Source: Myxococcota bacterium (lineage in GTDB: Bacteria > Myxococcota_A > UBA9160 > JAFDDA01). Taken from it: DNA of 64,000 bases. The stretch covers positions 1,888,001 through 1,952,000 of the forward strand of contig OZ245817.1 of assembly GCA_965228475.1 (NCBI GenBank), read 5' to 3'. The position numbers and the translations under genes were made by a program. The notes under the pieces were generated by a model, which was given only the letters and a program-made list of their open reading frames with translations, did no database searches and had not been told where the DNA came from. This document shows, one piece after another, positions 1 through 12,326 of this stretch (within the stretch, counting starts at the first letter, position 1; the number at the start of each line of letters is the position of its first letter).

Positions 1-1
1 C

Positions 2-1024
2 CTCTGGGTCGTGGCGCATCACCATCGTGTCTTCGTCGAGGGGGAGCTGGCCGCGCCCTTCGCCGGCATGCTCGAGCGGGGCTACCTCGGTGTCGACGTC
101 TTCTTCACGTTGAGCGGGTTCGTCCTCGCCTACAACTACGGCGGGCGCCTGAAGAGCGGCGCCGATCACGTTCGTTTCCTGGTGCTGCGGATCGCGCGGC
201 TCTATCCGCTGCACCTCGCGACCTTCCTGGGACTGGCGGGGCTCGCGACGTTGGCGCCGCTGCTGGGCGTGGAGCCCGGGAGCCCCGAGCGCTACGTCTT
301 CGACCGTCACTTCGTCTTGCACCTCTTCATGGTGCACGCCTGGGGGTTCGAAGACTCCCTGCGTTTCAACCAGCCTTCCTGGTCGGTCTCGGCGGAGTTC
401 TTCGCCTACCTCTGCTTCCCGCTGGCCTGGGCGATCGTTTCGCGGGCTCGCGGGGCGGCTGTCTCGGCGGCCGGTGCGGGCGCGGCATGCGCCGCCGTGA
501 TCCTCGCCCTCCGCGCCCTCGGCTACGACGGGCTCCACGTCCCGACCGGTCATGCGTTGGTGCGCGTGGCCGGGGAGTTCCTGGCGGGCTGTTTCGTCTT
601 CCGTGCCGTCGAGCAGGGGGGGCCGCGTCTCGGCGCCGCGGCGACCGCCGTCGCGCTGGCCGCGCTCGTGGGTCTCGCGCTCTCGCCCTGGGGCGACCCA
701 TGGATGGCGCCGGGCGCCTCCCTGCTCGTCTACGTCCTGGCCCAGGGGAGCGGTGGCGCGCTGAAGGCGTTCACGGCGCCGGCCGTCCGCTACCTCGGCA
801 AGATCTCCTACTCGATCTACCTCACGCACATGCCCATGCTCGCGCTGCTCCACCGGATCCTTCCCAGCTGGGAACTCGGTGCGCTCCCCTGGCTGCCCAC
901 GCTGGCCATTCTCGCGGCCCACACGGTGGTGATCCTCGGGGTCGCGGCGGCGAGCTACCGCTGGATCGAGGCTCCCGCCCGGGAGGCGATCCGTAACCGT
1001 CTGGATCTCGGTAGAACGCCCTAG
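2..1024 (+). CDS. Acyltransferase family 3 (OafA/YrhL-like membrane O-acyltransferase), 5'-truncated by window edge
   Basis: Motifs GYLGVDVFFTLSGFVL, RIARLYPLH, NQPSWSVSAEFFAY, LGKISYSIYLTH, SYRWIEAP. Multiple hydrophobic segments. Frame is open from the window start (LWVVAHH). Confidence 0.88.
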   Translation, partial: LWVVAHHHRVFVEGELAAPFAGMLERGYLGVDVFFTLSGFVLAYNYGGRLKSGADHVRFLVLRIARLYPLHLATFLGLAGLATLAPLLGVEPGSPERYVFDRHFVLHLFMVHAWGFEDSLRFNQPSWSVSAEFFAYLCFPLAWAIVSRARGAAVSAAGAGAACAAVILALRALGYDGLHVPTGHALVRVAGEFLAGCFVFRAVEQGGPRLGAAATAVALAALVGLALSPWGDPWMAPGASLLVYVLAQGSGGALKAFTAPAVRYLGKISYSIYLTHMPMLALLHRILPSWELGALPWLPTLAILAAHTVVILGVAAASYRWIEAPAREAIRNRLDLGRTP

Positions 1025-1129
1025 CCGCCGCCGGCGGCTTCGCACCCCGTGTGACCGAAAGCCCCGAAGTCCGGCCCGGGGCGCGCCGATACGTCCGGGG
1101 TGCCCGTCCGTCCGGGCACCGGAGAGCGA

Positions 1130-2050
1130 ATGGCGACCCTGTTGATCATCGAAGACTCGCCGACGCACCGCGCGGAGATCCGCGCGGCGGTGGAGCCGAC
1201 GGGCCTCTTCCAGGAGGTGATCGAGGCCGAGGACGGCGTGGCCGGGCTGAAGACCCTGCTCTCGGAATCGATCGACGTCGTGCTGTGCGACCTCCACATG
1301 CCGGGACTCGACGGCGAGAAGCTCCTTCGCATGCGTTCGAGCCAGGGCGTGAGCGCCGAGGTTCCCTTCCTCTTCCTTTCGGCGAGCCAGGATCAAGAGC
1401 AGATCATCCGCCTGCTCGAGGGCGGCGCCGCCGACACGATCTCGAAACCCTTCCATCCGGCGGAGCTCGTGGCGCGGCTCGCGCTGCACCTGAAGCTGAA
1501 GCGGCTGCAGGACGAGCTGCGCGAGAAGAACGCGATGCTCGGGAAGCTCTCGACGACCGACCCCGTGACCGGTCTGCGCACGCGCCGCTATGCGAGCGAG
1601 GTGCTGAACATCGAGTGGATCCGCGCGCGCCGCTACCACCACGGGCTCTCGGTGATGATGGCGGACCTCGACCACTTCAAGCGGGTGAACGACGAGTACG
1701 GTCACCCGGCCGGGGATGCCGTCCTGCGCGGCGTCTCCGAGATCCTTCGCCAGACCCTGCGCGCCTCGGACGTGGCCGGCCGCTACGGCGGCGAGGAGAT
1801 CCTCGTGGTCCTCCCGCACACGGACGTCGACGGCGCGAAGCAGCTCGCCGAACGCTGGCGCGAGGCCGTGGCCCACGCGGCCTTCGACTCGCCCGATGGT
1901 CGCGAAGTGGAAGTGACCGTGAGCATCGGCGTCGCGTCCTTCGACGCGGAGCACGCCTCGCCCGAAGACCTGGTCACCGCTGCCGACGAAGCGCTCTACG
2001 CCGCGAAGCACGGCGGGCGCGACCGCGTGGTGGCGGCCGGCGAGGCCTAG
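1130..2050 (+). CDS. Response-regulator receiver + GGDEF diguanylate cyclase (PleD/WspR-like)
   Basis: REC domain (IIEDS...CDLHMPGLDG...KPF), then TDPVTG, DLDHFKRVNDEYGHPAGD, I-site RASD and RYGGEEI. GGAG precedes ATG 1130. Confidence 0.9.
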   Translation: MATLLIIEDSPTHRAEIRAAVEPTGLFQEVIEAEDGVAGLKTLLSESIDVVLCDLHMPGLDGEKLLRMRSSQGVSAEVPFLFLSASQDQEQIIRLLEGGAADTISKPFHPAELVARLALHLKLKRLQDELREKNAMLGKLSTTDPVTGLRTRRYASEVLNIEWIRARRYHHGLSVMMADLDHFKRVNDEYGHPAGDAVLRGVSEILRQTLRASDVAGRYGGEEILVVLPHTDVDGAKQLAERWREAVAHAAFDSPDGREVEVTVSIGVASFDAEHASPEDLVTAADEALYAAKHGGRDRVVAAGEA

Positions 2051-3396
2051 GGCTTCTCCGATTCCGCACGGCGCTTGCGCCAGGCCGCGAGCCGCTGCGC
2101 GATCGCTTCCTCCGCACCCACCTCCTTCGGCTCGTAGAAGGTCTCCTTCTGGAGCGCCTCGGGCAGGTTCGGATCCGCGACGAAGGCCTCGGGCTCGTCG
2201 TGGGCGTAGCGGTAGCCCGCGCCGTGGCCGAGTTCCTTCATCAGCCGCGTCGGCGCGTTGCGAAGATGCTTCGGTACGGGAAGGCTGCCGTGGGCCTCGA
2301 CCGCCGCCATCGCCCGGCCGAGCGCGACGTAGGCCGCGTTGCTCTTGGGCGCGCACGCCAGGTAGCTCGTGGCCTGGGCCAGCGGGATGCGCGCCTCCGG
2401 CATGCCGATGCGCTCGACGGCGAGCTGGGTCGAGGTGGCGAGAGGCAGGGCGGCCGGGTCGGCGTTGCCGACGTCCTCGCTCGCGAAGATGACGAGCCGC
2501 CGCGCCACGAAGCGGGGGTCTTCGCCCGCCTCGAGCATGCGGGCCAGCCAGTAGAGGGCGGCGTCCGGGTCGCTCGCGCGCATACTCTTGATGAGGGCGG
2601 AGACGACGTCGTAGTGGGCGTCGCGGTCCCGGTCGTGGGCGAGGATGCGCCTGCCCGCGGCGCGCCGGATCGTCTCGAAGGAGAGCGTCTTCGCTCCGTC
2701 GGCGGCTTCGAGGGCCACGGCGTCCTCGAGCAGGCCGAGGGCGCGCCGGGCATCGCCGTCGCAGGCGGCGGCCACGGCGCGCAGGGCCTCGTCGCTCGCG
2801 TCGACCCGGCTTCGCCCGAGCCCGCGGTCGTCGTCTTCGAGGGCGCGCCGCAGGAGCGTGGTCAGCGCGGTCGCGTCGAGGGGCTCCAGCGTGACGACGC
2901 GGCAGCGCGAGAGCAGCGGCGCGTTGACCTCGAAGGAGGGGTTCTCGGTCGTCGCGCCGACGAGGGTCACCGTGCCCTGCTCGGCGTGGGGGAGCAGCGC
3001 GTCCTGCTGGGCGCGGTTGAAGCGGTGGATCTCGTCGATGAACAGGACGGTGCGGCGCCCCTGGGAGCGGTCGAGGGCGGCGGCGGAGACCGCCTCGCGG
3101 ACGTCCTTCACCCCGGCCAGTACGGCCGAGAGCGGCTGGAAACGCGCGCGCGCGGCGACGGCGAGCAGGCGCGCGAGGGTGGTCTTGCCGCAGCCCGGCG
3201 GGCCCCAAAGGATGAGCGAGGGCAGCTCGTCCGCGTCGAGCAGGGTGCGCAACGGTGCGCCGGGGGCGAGCAGACGATCCTGGCCGACGACCTCCGCGAG
3301 TTCGCGCGGCCGCATGCGTTCCGCCAGCGGAACCAGGCGGCGCTTCGTCTCCGCGTCCGCGCGCGGGGCGAACAGGTCTCCGGGCTCTCCGTCCAT
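2047..3396 (-). CDS. rarA: Replication-associated recombination protein A (RarA/MgsA AAA+ ATPase)
   Basis: PLAERMRP, Walker A GPPGCGKTT, FIDEIHRFNRAQQDALLP, GATTENPSF, SEDVGNADP, VPKHLRNAPT. Start at MDGEPGDLF. Confidence 0.93.
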   Translation of the reverse strand: MDGEPGDLFAPRADAETKRRLVPLAERMRPRELAEVVGQDRLLAPGAPLRTLLDADELPSLILWGPPGCGKTTLARLLAVAARARFQPLSAVLAGVKDVREAVSAAALDRSQGRRTVLFIDEIHRFNRAQQDALLPHAEQGTVTLVGATTENPSFEVNAPLLSRCRVVTLEPLDATALTTLLRRALEDDDRGLGRSRVDASDEALRAVAAACDGDARRALGLLEDAVALEAADGAKTLSFETIRRAAGRRILAHDRDRDAHYDVVSALIKSMRASDPDAALYWLARMLEAGEDPRFVARRLVIFASEDVGNADPAALPLATSTQLAVERIGMPEARIPLAQATSYLACAPKSNAAYVALGRAMAAVEAHGSLPVPKHLRNAPTRLMKELGHGAGYRYAHDEPEAFVADPNLPEALQKETFYEPKEVGAEEAIAQRLAAWRKRRAESEKP

Positions 3397-3535
3397 CGCG
3401 TCGATGGTACCGCGAGGAACCGCCGGGCTCCTCTGCGGTCCGCTCGCGCCCGGCGGTTCCCGGCCGCACCGGGCCGCCGGCTTGCCGCCCCGGGTGGGGG
3501 ATGTGATATTGACCCGACGCCCAGGAGAAGGACCC

Positions 3536-4387
3536 ATGGCGATCCGATCCGTCGGTCTTTGCGTGCGCGCGAACCATCCCGAAGCCGGCGGCACCGTCCG
3601 CGGGCTCGCGAAGTGGCTCGATGCGCGTGGCCTTTCCGTCCGGCTCGATGAAGAGGCCGGCGAGCTGGTGGGCCGTCCGGGTGAGACCCGGGAAGAGATC
3701 GCGGCCGCCGCGGACCTGCTCGTGGTGCTCGGCGGCGACGGGACCCTGCTCTCGGCGGCGCGGGCGAGCGGCGAGCGGGCCGTGCCGATCCTCGGCGTGA
3801 ACCTCGGCCGCCTGGGCTTCCTCACGGAGACGAGCCACGACGAGCTCTATGCCGCCCTCGAACGCGTGCTCGCGGGCGAGGCGCGCGTGGAGGCCCGCAT
3901 GCGGCTGGCCGTGCGCGCCGAGCGCGAAGGGCGCGTCCTCGGCGAGTGGCTCGCCCTGAACGACGCGGTCATCACCTCGCAGCATCTGGCGCGCATGCTC
4001 GATCTCGACGCCTTCGTCGACGGCCGCAAGGTCACGACCTACCACGCCGACGGCCTGATCGCGTCCACGCCGACCGGCTCGACGGCCTACTCGCTCTCGG
4101 CGGGGGGCCCGATCCTCGACCCCGCCCTCGACGCGGTCGTGCTCTCGCCGATCTCGCCCCACACCCTGACCCAGCGGCCCATCGTCCTCCCTGCGGACCG
4201 CAAGATCGAGATCTCCCCCGCGACGACGGGGACCCAGATCACCGTCGACGGCCAGGCCGGCGTCCGGCTCGAAGAAGGAGACCGCGTCCACGTCACGCGC
4301 TCCCAGTTCCCAGCGCAGCTCGTGGTCTCGCCCTTCCGCACGCGCTTCGAGATCCTGCGCACCAAGCTCCACTGGGGTGAGCGCTAG
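3536..4387 (+). CDS. nadK: NAD+ kinase
   Basis: VLGGDGTLL, GVNLGRLGFL, ALND, ADGLIASTPTGSTAYSLSAGGP. Precedes recN as usual. Confidence 0.95.
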   Translation: MAIRSVGLCVRANHPEAGGTVRGLAKWLDARGLSVRLDEEAGELVGRPGETREEIAAAADLLVVLGGDGTLLSAARASGERAVPILGVNLGRLGFLTETSHDELYAALERVLAGEARVEARMRLAVRAEREGRVLGEWLALNDAVITSQHLARMLDLDAFVDGRKVTTYHADGLIASTPTGSTAYSLSAGGPILDPALDAVVLSPISPHTLTQRPIVLPADRKIEISPATTGTQITVDGQAGVRLEEGDRVHVTRSQFPAQLVVSPFRTRFEILRTKLHWGER

Positions 4388-4389
4388 GC

Positions 4390-6084
4390 GTGCTCGAATC
4401 GCTTCGCATCGAGCGGCTCGCCGTCGTGGACTCGGTCGAGATCGAACTCGGCCCGGGTCTGAACGTGCTGACGGGCGAGACCGGCGCGGGCAAGTCGATC
4501 ATCCTCTCGGCCCTGGGCCTGCTCGCCGGCGGACGGGCGAGCGGCGAGACGATCCGCGCCGGGGCCGAGGACGCCCTCGTCGAGGCCGTCTTCTCGACGG
4601 CGGACCTCGCCGACGTGAAGGAAGCCCTGGCCGAGCGGGGCTTCGAGGCGGACGAGGATTCGCTCGTGGTGCGGCGGCAGCTCGCCCGGAGCGGACGCCA
4701 CCGCGCCCGCGTCGCCGGGGAGACGGTGCCCGCGGGCCTGCTCGGCGAACTGTTCTCGGGACGTCTCGAGATCTCGAGCCAGCACGCTTCCCAGGCGCTG
4801 CTGCGGCCGGAAGCCCAGAGCCGCCTGCTCGACGAGTTCGGAGGCCTGCTCACGTCGCGCCAGCGCGTCGCGGAGGCCTACGCCCGGGTGAAGGACCTCG
4901 ACGAGCGCGCGCACGCCCTGCGCGCCGCGGCGGAGGAGCGCGCGCGGCGCGAGGACTTCCTCTCCTTCCAGGTCGAAGAGATCGATGCCGTGGCTCTCGA
5001 GGAGGGCGAGTGGGAGGGGCTCGTCTCCGAACGCGCGCGCCTCGGCCACGCGGATCAGCTCGGTCTCGGCGTTCGCGAGGCGGTGGTGGCACTCTCCGGC
5101 GACCCGGGCGCGGCCGACGCTCCGGGTGCAGCGGATTGGACGGCCCGGGCCGGGCGCGCCGTCGAGGGGCTCGCGGCCCTCGACGCTTCGCTCGAGCCGT
5201 TCGCCGAGCGGCTCCAGGCGGCGGCCGAGGAGATCGCCGACCTCGCCGCCGAGCTCGAGCGCTACGGAGACGGCGTCGAAGCGGATCCGGCGCGTCTGGC
5301 CGAGGTCGAGGAGCGCCTGGCGCGCATCGAGCGCCTGAAGCGGAAGTACGGCGAGGACGTCGCCCAGGTGCTCGCCTTTCGCGAACAGGCGGCGGAGGAG
5401 CTCGCGTCGCTGCGCGGCGCCGAGGCGGGGCTTTCGAAGCTCGATGCCGAACGCGCCGAGGCCCGGGCCGACCTCTCGCGCGCCGCAGAGGAACTCACGG
5501 CCGGCCGCACGAAGGCCGCGGCGAAGCTCTCGCGCGCCGCGCAGAAGGGGATCCGCTCGCTCGCCCTCGAGCAGGCGCGCTTCCAGGTCGAGCTCGAGCC
5601 CGCCGCCGGCCCGGACGATCTGCCGAGCGGACCGAACGGCGCCGAGACGGCGGCCTTCCGGTTCGCCGCGGATCCCGGCACCGAGCTGCGCGACCTGCGG
5701 CGCGTCGCCTCCGGCGGCGAGCTCTCGCGCGTGTTCCTCGCGCTGAAGAACGTCCTTCGCCCCTTCGGCGCCGGCATGGTTCTCGTCTTCGACGAAGTGG
5801 ACGCCGGGATCGGCGGCGCCGTGGCGGACCGCGTCGGCGCGTCGCTCGCGGAGCTCGCCGAGGAGCACCAGGTCCTCTGCATCACGCACCTTCCCCAGGT
5901 CGCGGCGCGCGCGGAGCACCACTTCCGCGTCCACAAGGCGACCGAGAAGGGGCGGGCGGTGACCCGGGTGGATCCGCTCGGCGATTCCGCCCGCGTCGAC
6001 GAGATCGCCCGCATGGCCGGGGGCGCCCAGATCACGGCGGCCACCCGCAAGCACGCCCAGGAACTCCTCGCCGCCGGCCGCTAG
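4390..6084 (+). CDS. recN: DNA repair protein RecN
   Basis: LTGETGAGKSII Walker A, coiled coil, ASGGELSR, FDEVDAGIGG, QVLCITHLPQVAA, EIARM. Confidence 0.95.
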   Translation: MLESLRIERLAVVDSVEIELGPGLNVLTGETGAGKSIILSALGLLAGGRASGETIRAGAEDALVEAVFSTADLADVKEALAERGFEADEDSLVVRRQLARSGRHRARVAGETVPAGLLGELFSGRLEISSQHASQALLRPEAQSRLLDEFGGLLTSRQRVAEAYARVKDLDERAHALRAAAEERARREDFLSFQVEEIDAVALEEGEWEGLVSERARLGHADQLGLGVREAVVALSGDPGAADAPGAADWTARAGRAVEGLAALDASLEPFAERLQAAAEEIADLAAELERYGDGVEADPARLAEVEERLARIERLKRKYGEDVAQVLAFREQAAEELASLRGAEAGLSKLDAERAEARADLSRAAEELTAGRTKAAAKLSRAAQKGIRSLALEQARFQVELEPAAGPDDLPSGPNGAETAAFRFAADPGTELRDLRRVASGGELSRVFLALKNVLRPFGAGMVLVFDEVDAGIGGAVADRVGASLAELAEEHQVLCITHLPQVAARAEHHFRVHKATEKGRAVTRVDPLGDSARVDEIARMAGGAQITAATRKHAQELLAAGR

Positions 6085-6229
6085 GGCACGCCCCGACCCG
6101 CCGACCGGCAACTCGGGTGCAAGCCCCAGGCAGGCCTCCGGCAAAAACCCGACCGCTGGGGGTCAAGCCCACCTCCCCTCGACCCGATGTAGGAGGGGAG
6201 AGAACCCCTGGAGGACCTTCGGAGACCCG

Positions 6230-6553
6230 ATGGCTGCCGAATCGCGGGCCAACCGACCCAAGCGTGCGTCGCTGCACGTGAAGGGTGGCTTCTACGCCGG
6301 GCTGGAAGTGCCCGTCGATCGGACGCGCATGGTGATCGGGCGGGGCCGCGGCGCGGACCTCGTGATCGCCGAATCGACGATGTCGCGCGAGCACGCGGCG
6401 ATCGCGTTCGAAGAGGACGGCTGCATCATCGAGGATCTCCAGAGCACCAACGGCACCAAGGTCAACGGCGAGCGCTGCGACCGCGGTTCCCTCCAGGACG
6501 GAGACGAGATCCAACTCGGACGGCTCCAGCTGCAGATCCATCTGCAGGACTGA
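6230..6553 (+). CDS. Stand-alone FHA domain protein
   Basis: IGRG...D...MSREHA...DLQSTNGTKVNG...LQDGDEIQLG FHA signature. Confidence 0.88.
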   Translation: MAAESRANRPKRASLHVKGGFYAGLEVPVDRTRMVIGRGRGADLVIAESTMSREHAAIAFEEDGCIIEDLQSTNGTKVNGERCDRGSLQDGDEIQLGRLQLQIHLQD

Positions 6554-6575
6554 GCCGGCCCGGCGGAGAGCGGAC

Positions 6576-7532
6576 ATGCAGGAATACACCGTCATGATCT
6601 TCCGCGACCATTCGTCGCCCGTGCGGCGCTACAAGGTCGCGAAGGAGCGGATGCAGCGGGGCGCAGCGATCGCTGCCGTCGTCGTCGTGGCCGTGCTCGC
6701 GGTGATGGGCGACTACGTGCGCGTCCGCGGCGACGTCCGGGAGCTCGCCGAGCTGCGCCAGGAGACCGCGGCCCAGCGGGAGCAGATCGCCGCCTTCACG
6801 AGCAAGGTCCAGGCCCTCGATGGCCAGTTCGCCCGCATCACCGAATTCGAGCGCAAGGTCCGCGTGATCGCCGACCTGCCGAGCGCCATGGTCGCCACCG
6901 AGTCCGAGTCGCCCGCCGGCGTCGGCGGGGGCGACGACGCCGAAGGCGGAGCGGTCGTCACCGACGAACTGCCAGCGCGCAAGCCCGTCGAAGCGGCGCA
7001 GACCGCTCGCTCGGGCGATGGCTCGGACTGGTTCGCCTCGCTCGACGGCGACGCGACGCGCCTGCTCTCGGCTGCGGCCGAGCGGGAACAATCCCTGGCC
7101 GACCTGGTCGAGAAGCTCCGCGGCAAGTCGGACCGGCTCGCCTCGACGCCCTCGGTCTGGCCCGCCAAGGGCTGGGTCACCTCGGGCTTCGGCCGGCGGG
7201 TCTCGCCGTTCACCGGGAAGTCCCAGATGCACAACGGCCTCGACATCGCCGCCGAGCACGGGACGGACATCTCGGCGCCCGCGCGCGGCCGCGTGAAGTT
7301 CGCGGGCCGGAAGGGGCCGCTCGGCAAGACCGTCATCATCGACCACGGCCACGGCATCGAGACCCTGTACGGGCACTGCGCCGAGATCCACGTGAAGAAG
7401 GGGCAGCGGGTCGAGCGGGGCCAGTGGATCGCGGAGATCGGAAACACGGGCCGCAGCACGGGGCCCCACCTGCACTACGCGATCCTGAAGAACGGGCGGC
7501 CCGTGAACCCGAGAAAATACATCCTGGAGTAA
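6576..7532 (+). CDS. M23 family peptidoglycan metallopeptidase with N-terminal TM and coiled coil
   Basis: HNGLDIAA, TLYGH, GNTGRSTGPHLHY (HxxxD/HxH) motifs. Confidence 0.92.
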   Translation: MQEYTVMIFRDHSSPVRRYKVAKERMQRGAAIAAVVVVAVLAVMGDYVRVRGDVRELAELRQETAAQREQIAAFTSKVQALDGQFARITEFERKVRVIADLPSAMVATESESPAGVGGGDDAEGGAVVTDELPARKPVEAAQTARSGDGSDWFASLDGDATRLLSAAAEREQSLADLVEKLRGKSDRLASTPSVWPAKGWVTSGFGRRVSPFTGKSQMHNGLDIAAEHGTDISAPARGRVKFAGRKGPLGKTVIIDHGHGIETLYGHCAEIHVKKGQRVERGQWIAEIGNTGRSTGPHLHYAILKNGRPVNPRKYILE

Positions 7533-7632
7533 CTCCAGGCCTGGCCAACCCCCCATCGGTGTTTAACCTTGCCGGTTCTCGCTTCCCCCGAGGGGCAGCC
7601 TGAACCGGTTTCTGTAGACTCCGCGGGCGGAC

Positions 7633-10422
<2,790 letters not shown>

Positions 10423-10443
10423 CGCCGATCGCTCCTCTCCCCC

Positions 10444-11664
10444 ATGCCCCGAAAACACGCTGAAGAAGAGATCGAGCCCGCAGCCCTCCCGGAGGGCTTT
10501 CGGGCGGCGGCCGTCGCCTGCGGGATCAAGAAGAAGGGGCTCGACCTCGCGCTGATCGCGAGCGAGGGCCCGGCGCGCATCGCCGGCGTCTTCACGCAGT
10601 CGACGGTCGTGGGCGCGCCCGTCGAGTGGTGCCGCGAGCGCGTGCCGCACAAGGCCGGGCGGGCGGTCATCGTGAACGCGGGCATCTCGAACGTCGGCAT
10701 GGGCGAGCGCGGGCGCCGCGCTGCCAAGGGAATGGCGGTGGCCGCCGCGAAGCAGCTCGGCTGCGACCCCGATGAGGTGCTCGTCGCTTCGACGGGCGTG
10801 ATCGGCGAGCCCCTGCCCATCGAGAAGATCCGCGACGCCGCGCCGCGGCTCGCCGACCGGCTCTCGGCCGACGCGCTGCCCGACGTCGCGCGCGCCATCA
10901 TGACCACCGATACGTTCCCGAAGGTCGCGAGCGCCCGCACGCGCATCGACGGCCGCTGGGTGACCGTTTCCGGCGTCGCCAAGGGTTCGGGGATGATCGA
11001 GCCGAACATGGCGACGATGCTTTCGTTCCTCTGCACCGACGCCGCCGTCTCGACGCGCACGCTGCAGGGCATCCTGCGCGACGTCGCCGACGACACCTAC
11101 AACCGCCTGAGCATCGACGGCGAGGGCTCGACGAGCGATACGGTGCTGCTGCTCGCCAACGGCCGCGCGGAGAACGCGACCCTGCGCGGGAGCCGGACCA
11201 CCGGGGTGCGCCGCTTCACCCGGGCGCTCCACGAGGTGTGCGAAGACCTGGTCCGGCAGCTCGGCCGGGACGGGGAGGGGGCCACCACCCTCGTGACCGT
11301 CCGCGTGACGGGCGCGAAGAACCCGGCCGAGGCCGACCGCGCGGCGCGACGCATCGCGAACTCGCTGCTGGTGAAGACGGCCGTCTTCGGCCGCGACCCG
11401 AACTGGGGCCGGATCCTCCAGACGCTCGGCGCCGGGCAGATCCAGATGAACCTCGCGAAGACGGAGGTGCGCCTCGGCGGCGTGCCCGTCTTCCGCAACG
11501 GCGCCTCGGCGGGCGCCGCCGCCCGCGAACGCGCGCGCAAGAAGCTCGACGCGCCGGAGCTCGAGATCGCCGTCGATCTGGCCGCGGGCCGGAGCGCCGC
11601 GCACATGATCACCTGCGACCTCTCCTACGACTACGTGAAGATCAACGCCGAGTACACGACGTGA
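10444..11664 (+). CDS. argJ: Bifunctional ornithine acetyltransferase / N-acetylglutamate synthase ArgJ
   Basis: ASTGVIG, AIMTTDT, AKGSGMIEPNMATML, DGEGAT, DPNWGRI, TCDLSYDYVKINAEYTT. Confidence 0.96.
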   Translation: MPRKHAEEEIEPAALPEGFRAAAVACGIKKKGLDLALIASEGPARIAGVFTQSTVVGAPVEWCRERVPHKAGRAVIVNAGISNVGMGERGRRAAKGMAVAAAKQLGCDPDEVLVASTGVIGEPLPIEKIRDAAPRLADRLSADALPDVARAIMTTDTFPKVASARTRIDGRWVTVSGVAKGSGMIEPNMATMLSFLCTDAAVSTRTLQGILRDVADDTYNRLSIDGEGSTSDTVLLLANGRAENATLRGSRTTGVRRFTRALHEVCEDLVRQLGRDGEGATTLVTVRVTGAKNPAEADRAARRIANSLLVKTAVFGRDPNWGRILQTLGAGQIQMNLAKTEVRLGGVPVFRNGASAGAAARERARKKLDAPELEIAVDLAAGRSAAHMITCDLSYDYVKINAEYTT

Positions 11665-11698
11665 GCGGGGCGATCCTTCCCGATCGGGAGCGGCCGGC

Positions 11699-12139
11699 CT
11701 GAGCGTCTTCGGCACGCGGGAGCCGGGCCTGCGCTATCGGCCGCGCCCGGCGGCGTACGTGATCGTGCTCGACGGGGCCGGGTGCGTGGCCTGCGTCGAA
11801 GAGGAGTCGGGCCTGTTCCTGCCCGGCGGCGGGATCGAAGCCGGGGAGGACGCCTTGGCGGCCGCGCACCGGGAGGTGGCCGAGGAGTGCGCGCGCGAGC
11901 TCCTCGCTCCGGAGCCGATCGCCTCCGCCGTCCAGTTCCATCTGAACCCGCGCGAGGGCGGGATCGAGCTCCAGGCGACCTTCTTCGCCGGGCAGTTCGG
12001 CCGTTCGCTCGACCGCGAGGCCGAACACGCGCTGCGCTGGCTGCCGGTGGATCCGGTGCCGGGGTTCTACCACGATGCCCACGCCTTCGGCCTGCGGCGG
12101 GCTCTCGAGCGGGCCGCGCGGCCGTCCGGCCGGGGCTGA
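11699..12139 (+). CDS. NUDIX hydrolase (start uncertain: CTG 11699 or GTG 11759)
   Basis: Nudix box LPGGGIEAGEDALAAAHREVAEE. The upstream in-frame segment VFGTREPGLRYRPRPAAY resembles a typical N-terminus of this subfamily. Confidence 0.8.
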   Translation: MSVFGTREPGLRYRPRPAAYVIVLDGAGCVACVEEESGLFLPGGGIEAGEDALAAAHREVAEECARELLAPEPIASAVQFHLNPREGGIELQATFFAGQFGRSLDREAEHALRWLPVDPVPGFYHDAHAFGLRRALERAARPSGRG

Positions 12140-12179
12140 ACCCCGGGCCCGGCGGGGTGGGGCGACGCGCGCGCGGTTC

Positions 12180-12326
12180 TGCTATCTACCCGCGAAACCA
12201 CACGTTCCGGACCGCCCCTGCGGTGGCTCGGGTCGCGCGGCGCCGAGACTCCGGTCGGGCGCCGTTCGTACACCGGGCTGGGGGAGAACACGGCCGGAGC
12301 GGCGGCGAAACCGCAGAGGAGAGTTC
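12180..12326 (+). promoter_or_regulatory. rpsB promoter (extended -10-like TGCTATCT) and structured 5' leader, likely S2 autoregulatory element
   Basis: About 140-nt non-coding leader. CTGCGGT (12218-12224) is complementary to ACCGCAG (12310-12316), next to the SD GAGGAG. rpsB leaders are known regulatory RNAs. Confidence 0.5.
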
